This document shows, one piece after another, positions 58,879-64,000 of a stretch of DNA of 64,000 nt (its first letter is position 1; each line of letters opens with the position of its first letter). This DNA is from Myxococcota bacterium. GTDB lineage: Bacteria > Myxococcota_A > Polyangia > Nannocystales > Nannocystaceae. The stretch is taken from contig JBCCWC010000011.1 of assembly GCA_039194325.1 (NCBI GenBank), forward strand, positions 32,001-96,000, given 5' to 3'. The notes beneath the pieces were generated by a model. It saw only the letters and a list, made by a program, of their open reading frames with translations. It was not told the DNA's origin and made no database searches. A program made the position numbers and the translations under genes.

Positions 58879-60465
58879 TTAGTGCCCCGTGGCGTGGTGC
58901 TCGAGCTCGGAGGTGGTGGTGTGGCTGCTCGTGCGACGGGCCAGCCGCTGGATCCGTGCGATCAGCTCCACCGGCTTGAAGGGCTTGTGCACGTAGTCGT
59001 CGGCGCCCAGCTCGAAGGCCCGGGCGATCTCCGACTCCACGCTGGCCGAGGTCAGCACCACGATAGGGACCCGGCAGTTGCGGCGATCGGCCCGCAGCCG
59101 CTCGATGAGCTCGTAGCCGTCCATGGTGGGCATGTAGCGGTCGACGATGATCGTGGCGTAGCGATGGGCGCGGGCGGCCTCCAGCGCGGCGCGCCCGTCG
59201 GCCCGGTGGTCGACCTCCAGGCCCGACTGGGCCAGCAGGTGGGCGACCATGGTGGCCATGTCGTCGTCGTCCTCGGCCAGCAGGATCCGGGGGCTGGGCA
59301 TCATCTGCTCCAGGCCGGCCTCGGCGATCCGATCGCGACCGGTGCGCTTGGCCGCGTAGAGCAGCGGGTCGGCGCGAGAGACGGCCAGCTCGAGCTCGAA
59401 GTCGGGCTCGATGTCGACCACGCCTCCCGAGAAGGTGGGCGCGGGGTCACCCGAGGAGTCCTCGTGCAGGCGGTCTTGGACGTGCTCGAGCGCCAGCGTG
59501 GCCTCGGCGGCGCTCTTTTCGGGGAACGCCACGACGAACTCGTCGGGGCCCCAGCGACCGACCAGATCGGACTTTTGCAGACCGGCCTGCAGGCTCTGGA
59601 GCAGCCGCTCGATCGCCAGCTCGCCCGCCGGGGGTCCGCCCTTCTTGAGGATCTGGCGGAAGTGATCGATGTCGAGCAGCGCGAGCGCGGCGGGGGTGGG
59701 CTGGCGACGACGTCGGGCCTGCATGTGACCGAAGGCCTCGCGCAGGCCGGCCCGGTTGAGCAGCCCGGTGGCGGGGTCGCGGCGCGAGGCGGTGCGGTGC
59801 TCGTGGTGACGAGCCAGGGCGTTGGCCATGGCGGTCGAGAGGCGGTCGAGGGGCACGCTCTTGTCGAAGAAGGCCTCGGCACCGTAGGCGAGGCACTCGG
59901 ACTCGATGGTGGTCTCCCGCACCTGCGAGAGCACGATGACCGGGGTGCTCGCGGTGGCCGAGTGATCTTGCAAGGTGGTCAGCAAGGTCCGACCGTCGGC
60001 GTCGGGGAGCAGGATGTCGAGCAAGATGAGGTCGTAGTCGTGCTCGCTCAGCCGCTCGAGCGCCTCGGTCGCGCTGTGGACCACGTCGAACGAGCGCTCG
60101 GGGGCGGCCAGGCCCGCCTGCAGGTACTCGGCGTAGAGGGTCTGGTCCTCGACCAGCAGGATCCGGCTGGCGACGCCGGCCTCGACCACCGCCTGGCGTA
60201 CCAGCGTGATGAGCCCGTCGAGGGCGGCGGGCAGCTGCGGATCGTCGGCGTTCTCCACCGCCGATGCGCTGGTGGAGATCAGGGGCCAGCCAAAGCTGGC
60301 GGCGGTCCCCGCCAGCTGGTGGGCGAGCCGGCGGGCGGCCACGCGGGCTGGGGCCCCGCCCTGGTGAAGGGCCGCGCGGGCGCACGAGAGCGCAGCGGCC
60401 TTGAGCGGCAGCTTGGCGTTGAAGCGCTCGACCAGCGCCCGCTTGACCTCGGGGGAGAGCGGCAT
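58879..60465 (-). CDS. Hpt-REC-GGDEF(degenerate GPDEF)-REC response regulator
   Basis: AHQLAGTAASFG (Hpt); ILLVED..LLDILLP; DPATGLLNR, LDIDHF, GRWGPDEF; ILLAEDD..VDRYMP..KPF. Confidence 0.88.
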   Translation of the reverse strand: MPLSPEVKRALVERFNAKLPLKAAALSCARAALHQGGAPARVAARRLAHQLAGTAASFGWPLISTSASAVENADDPQLPAALDGLITLVRQAVVEAGVASRILLVEDQTLYAEYLQAGLAAPERSFDVVHSATEALERLSEHDYDLILLDILLPDADGRTLLTTLQDHSATASTPVIVLSQVRETTIESECLAYGAEAFFDKSVPLDRLSTAMANALARHHEHRTASRRDPATGLLNRAGLREAFGHMQARRRRQPTPAALALLDIDHFRQILKKGGPPAGELAIERLLQSLQAGLQKSDLVGRWGPDEFVVAFPEKSAAEATLALEHVQDRLHEDSSGDPAPTFSGGVVDIEPDFELELAVSRADPLLYAAKRTGRDRIAEAGLEQMMPSPRILLAEDDDDMATMVAHLLAQSGLEVDHRADGRAALEAARAHRYATIIVDRYMPTMDGYELIERLRADRRNCRVPIVVLTSASVESEIARAFELGADDYVHKPFKPVELIARIQRLARRTSSHTTTSELEHHATGH

Positions 60466-60578
60466 CGTGGTGGTGGTGCGAATAATGTAGGCGCAGCGAT
60501 GAAAATTTCGCCAGTCCTAGTGTAGCGCGATCGGTGGAGGGGCGAGCTCGCCCGGTGGTCCGCTATGGGTCGCCGTCG

Positions 60579-61025
60579 TTACCGCCCGGTCATCGCTTGC
60601 AGCGCCGCGGCAAGCTCGCTCACTCGGTCGATGTTGCGCGGGACCACCAGCACCGTATCGTCGCCGGCCAGCGTTCCGAGCACCAGGGGGTGATCCAGCG
60701 CGTCGATATCCAGTCCTACCGCCTGAGCCAGGCCAGCCGGCGTGCGCAGCACCACCAGATGTTCGTTGTGCTCGATCCCTACCACCATGCCCGGAGACAG
60801 CGCCGAGGGCGGGCTGGTGACGAGCCGATAGACGGGCGGACCCTCGCCGGCCGCGGTTCTCTGGGCCCCCAGGCGCTTGAGATCCCGGCTGATCGTGCTC
60901 TGGGTGACCTCGTGCCCCCGCGCGGCCAAGAGGGCGCACAGCTCGGCCTGTGTGCTCGCCCGGCCCCCGCTGAGCAGCTCTCGAAGCGCGGTGCGACGCG
61001 ATTGGGCGGACATCAGGGCGGACAT
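60579..61025 (-). CDS. argR: Arginine repressor
   Basis: TQAEL, VTQSTISRDLKRLG, VLRTPAGLA, LGTLAGDDTVLV; TGATG overlap with argJ (alternative start 61013). Confidence 0.93.
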   Translation of the reverse strand: MSALMSAQSRRTALRELLSGGRASTQAELCALLAARGHEVTQSTISRDLKRLGAQRTAAGEGPPVYRLVTSPPSALSPGMVVGIEHNEHLVVLRTPAGLAQAVGLDIDALDHPLVLGTLAGDDTVLVVPRNIDRVSELAAALQAMTGR

Positions 61026-62965
61026 CAGCCGATCGTCTGTCGGGTGATGAGGGTGCCGATCCCCTCGTCTGTGAACAGCTCGCCCACCAGGGCATGAGGG
61101 AGGCGGGCGTCGATCAGGTGCAGGGCCGGGATCCCGCGGGTGGCCGCGTGCTTGGCGAGGATCAGCAGATCGGGGTTGTCGGCCATGAAGCGGCCCCGCT
61201 CGTGGCCCATCGAGAAGGTCTCCGGGGACAGGCGCTGCACGAAGCCGTGGGCGTCGCGCAGTCCCCGTTCGGCGCCCATGGTGATCACCTTTTGCATGCC
61301 CAGCTTGATGGCCAGGTCGATCACCGCGTGGGGCACGGAGCGCTCGCGGACGAGCACGCAAAGGTGACCCCGATCGAGCAGCCGGTTGATGGCGGAGGGA
61401 TCGGGGGCCACCGGCGCGCTGAAGTGTCCGCTGTACTGGACGTGCTCGTGGATCCGACGGGCGATGGGATCGGTGGGCACGATGAGCAGCGGCCGTAGGT
61501 TGGCGTCGAGGCACAGCTCCAGATCCTGGGCGAGGTTGTCGACCAGGCCGGGGACCAGCGCCTGCGGGGGCACGTAGATCATCATGCGCAGGCCGACGAA
61601 GCGGCGCACGTAGGCCAGGCCGTCGACCAGCAGCTGGTGCTTGAGCCGGGGCGAGTACGCCGACAGGCCGAGGTTGCGGCTGACCACCCCGTCGTGGCCC
61701 ACCTCGATCTGCTGGGCTTCGTCGGCGTTGATCCGGAGGTAGTCGTAGCTGAGATCGCAGCCCAGGGCCCGAGCCTCGGCCTCGCCTCGGTGAAGATCGA
61801 TCCGCCAGCGGATCGTCGTGTCGCGCATGCGCCGGTTGACCTCGGAGATCTTCACCCCGGCCGCGGGCCCCGTGGGGGTATAGAGCTCGATTCCCTGGGC
61901 CTCGATCGTGGTCTGCCGGGGATCGATCTCCAGCGCTTCTTCGAGGGCCACTTGGCCCACCGCCGCCGCGACCCGTCCCCAGTCGGGATGACCGGCGAAG
62001 GTGCTGCACTTGACCAGGCTGCTGCGGCACACGCCGCGCGCGACGAGGCGGGCGGTCCGGGCGTCGGGAGCCCCGGTGACCTCCACCTCCAAAAGGCGGG
62101 TGGCCCCCTCGCCGTCGAGCACGACCTGCTGGGCCAGGGAGGCCAGCACCGCCCGCAGCGCGGTCGTGAACGCGGCCTGGGCCTCGGGCTCTTCGACGTG
62201 GACGCCGGCGTGGCCGTTGGCGAGCACGACCACCGCGTCGTTGGTGGAGGTGTCGCCGTCGACACAGATCGCGTTGAAGGTCTCGTCGACCGTCGCCTGG
62301 AGGGTCTGCTGGAGCCACGCGGGGGCCACCGCGGCGTCCGTGCATACGAGCCCCAGGGTGGTGGCCATGTTCGGATGGATCATGCCCGAGCCCTTGGCGA
62401 TACCCAGGATGCTGACCGGAGTATCGGTACCCGGCAGGGTCAGCGTGACCGCGGCCACCTTGGTGGTGGTATCGGTCGTCAGGATCGCACGGGCCATCGG
62501 CATCGGGTCGGCCCCCATCTCGTCGAGCATCGTGGGCAGGGCCCGGGTGACCAGATCCGCGGGCAGGGGGACGCCTATCACCCCGGTCGAGAGGGTGAGC
62601 ACCTGCGAGGGTTCCACCCCCAGGGCGGTGGCCGACTCGCGGGCGATCTCTTCGTTGCTCTGTTCGCCCTCGGGGCCGGTCATGGCGTTGGCGTTGCCGC
62701 TGTTGATCACCACCGCGTGTACCCGGTCGCCGGGCACGAGGGTGGCGTCTCGCTCGACGCACGCGGCCCGGGCCGGGTTGCGGGTGAACACTCCGGCCGC
62801 GCTGGCGGGGCGCTCGCTTCGACACAGGCCCAGGTCGGCGCGTCCTTGCTTGATGCCACAGCGCATCGCGCCGAACACGAAGCCTTGCGGGAGGCGGACG
62901 TCGTCGCCCAACTCGAGGGCGACGGGACCAATAGTGTTGGTGGGAGCGTCGGTGGGAGCGGTCAT
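61025..62965 (-). CDS. argJ: Ornithine acetyltransferase ArgJ fused to a degenerate acetylglutamate-kinase-like domain
   Basis: NSGNANA, STGVIG, ILTTDT, AKGSGMIHPNMAT, DGDTSTND, DGEGAT, GCDLSYDYLRIN; extra C-terminal domain ending HLIDARLPHALVGELFTDEGIGTLI. Confidence 0.92.
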   Translation of the reverse strand: MTAPTDAPTNTIGPVALELGDDVRLPQGFVFGAMRCGIKQGRADLGLCRSERPASAAGVFTRNPARAACVERDATLVPGDRVHAVVINSGNANAMTGPEGEQSNEEIARESATALGVEPSQVLTLSTGVIGVPLPADLVTRALPTMLDEMGADPMPMARAILTTDTTTKVAAVTLTLPGTDTPVSILGIAKGSGMIHPNMATTLGLVCTDAAVAPAWLQQTLQATVDETFNAICVDGDTSTNDAVVVLANGHAGVHVEEPEAQAAFTTALRAVLASLAQQVVLDGEGATRLLEVEVTGAPDARTARLVARGVCRSSLVKCSTFAGHPDWGRVAAAVGQVALEEALEIDPRQTTIEAQGIELYTPTGPAAGVKISEVNRRMRDTTIRWRIDLHRGEAEARALGCDLSYDYLRINADEAQQIEVGHDGVVSRNLGLSAYSPRLKHQLLVDGLAYVRRFVGLRMMIYVPPQALVPGLVDNLAQDLELCLDANLRPLLIVPTDPIARRIHEHVQYSGHFSAPVAPDPSAINRLLDRGHLCVLVRERSVPHAVIDLAIKLGMQKVITMGAERGLRDAHGFVQRLSPETFSMGHERGRFMADNPDLLILAKHAATRGIPALHLIDARLPHALVGELFTDEGIGTLITRQTIG

Positions 62966-63906
62966 GGGAGCATCCTCGACATGCCAGGCAGGCCCTTGGG
63001 GGGAATCGTCAGGGGATCGGGAAGTCCCTGGTCGGGCGACAGGCCCAGCCAGAGGTTGAGGTTGTGGACCGCCTGCGAGGCGGCCCCGCGCATCAGGTTG
63101 TCGATCGCGCAGAACACTGGGACCAGGCCGGAGCGCTCGACCGGTCCGACCGCGATGAGGGCTTGGTGCGTGCCGACCACGTGCCGCAATCCGAGGTCCG
63201 GGCCCGGCTCGGACAGCACGCTGACCCACGGGTGCGCCTCGTGGGCCGCCCGCAGGCCGTCGAGCAGGTGCTGGGGGCTCGCCCGCGGGCGCACGAACGC
63301 GGTGACCAACATGCCGCGGACGATGGGTAGCAGCTGGGTCACGAAGCTCACCGGGGTGCCCAGTACGTGCTCGATCTCGGGGATGTGGCGGTGGCGGCCC
63401 ACCTTATAGGGAAAGACGTTGCCGGCCAGCTCGCAAAAGTGAAGGTCGGGGCGCAGGCCCTTGCCCGCCCCCGAAGCACCGCTGGCTCCCATGATGGCGA
63501 TGGGCTCGGGATGGCACAGCCGTGCGTCGAGCAGTGGCCGCAGCATCAGCAACGACGCCGTGGGGTAGCAGCCGGGGTTGGCCACGAGCGGGGCGTTGGG
63601 GGTGGGTGGGCCCATCAGCTCGGGCAGGCCGTAGTGCGCCTGGGGATCGAGGCGATGGGCATCGGATAGATCGAGCACCCGCTGTCCGCGACGCATCAGC
63701 GCGGTCGTCCAGATCCGAGCGGCCTCCGACGGGGTGGCCAGGGCCACGCGATCGTGCGCCGCACAGGCGGCGAGCGCACGATCGTCGGGCTCGCGAGCCT
63801 CGATGATCTCCGGATCTATGCAGGGATGATGCATAAGGAGTGCATGCAGGACTTGGCCGGCATAGCCGTGGGCGCCGACGATGGCCACGCTGTATCTGCT
63901 CGCCAT
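62962..63906 (-). CDS. argC: N-acetyl-gamma-glutamyl-phosphate reductase
   Basis: IVGAHGYAG, DLSDAHRL, YGLPE, ANPGCYPT, SGASGAG, HRHIPEI, IDNLMRGAASQA. Confidence 0.95.
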   Translation of the reverse strand: MASRYSVAIVGAHGYAGQVLHALLMHHPCIDPEIIEAREPDDRALAACAAHDRVALATPSEAARIWTTALMRRGQRVLDLSDAHRLDPQAHYGLPELMGPPTPNAPLVANPGCYPTASLLMLRPLLDARLCHPEPIAIMGASGASGAGKGLRPDLHFCELAGNVFPYKVGRHRHIPEIEHVLGTPVSFVTQLLPIVRGMLVTAFVRPRASPQHLLDGLRAAHEAHPWVSVLSEPGPDLGLRHVVGTHQALIAVGPVERSGLVPVFCAIDNLMRGAASQAVHNLNLWLGLSPDQGLPDPLTIPPKGLPGMSRMLP

Positions 63907-63913
63907 GGAGCGA

Positions 63914-63990
63914 TATGCATATCTTGAGCGTATCCATGCAACAACCCCCCCGCGCGAATGCGGTCGTGGGACCGCGCACGAATATGCGCT
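63914..63990. promoter_or_regulatory. Putative ARG boxes upstream of argC
   Basis: Imperfect TGCAT-N4-ATGCA palindromes: agcgt-atcc-atgca (63927-63940), cgcac-gaat-atgcg (63975-63988), plus a tgcat half-site at 63916; argR is in the same operon. Confidence 0.45.
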
Positions 63991-64000
63991 AGGGTTGCAG

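Noticed and set aside
61026..62825. 748-aa ArgR fusion
   Set aside because: Out-of-frame overlap with argJ; ArgR motifs are confined to the last approximately 148 aa

Overview
High-GC bacterial chromosomal DNA with a strongly myxobacterial (Nannocystaceae/Polyangia-like) gene repertoire: Cys-rich lipoproteins, eukaryotic-like Ser/Thr kinases, a MYXO-CTERM-like tail and a DUF2330 protein. The taxonomic call is inferred from gene content. About 42 genes are supported: NDH-2-like oxidoreductase, an extended cardiolipin synthase/PLD, two large signalling kinases, the alpha-2-macroglobulin/PBP1C pair, acyl-CoA dehydrogenase plus Rieske, a UvrD/Rep helicase, a five-gene operon (MauG-type di-heme enzyme, TPR protein, lipoprotein, cytochrome P460, Ser/Thr kinase), a visibly AT-richer island with DUF262 and HipA but no HipB, eda, a 2-hydroxyacid dehydrogenase, crcB, an acyl-CoA synthetase, an hflX-ABC-F operon, two tandem Cys-rich paralogues, arsH, an aldo-keto reductase, a pyroglutamyl-peptidase-like lipoprotein, an Hpt-REC-GGDEF-REC protein and argC-argJ-argR. 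Best candidates for undescribed biology: (1) the DUF262-HipA two-gene module, a candidate anti-phage or toxin system; (2) an unannotated 7-aa leader peptide (MILSHFV) whose coding sequence can base-pair with the hflX Shine-Dalgarno, suggesting an antibiotic-inducible ribosome-protection operon; (3) the MauG/P460/kinase operon; (4) ArgJ fused to a degenerate NAGK domain that keeps the arginine-site signature; (5) a C15 peptidase homologue with Ser in place of the catalytic Cys. No rRNA, tRNA, CRISPR array or transposase was seen. All calls are by motif recognition; no searches were run.
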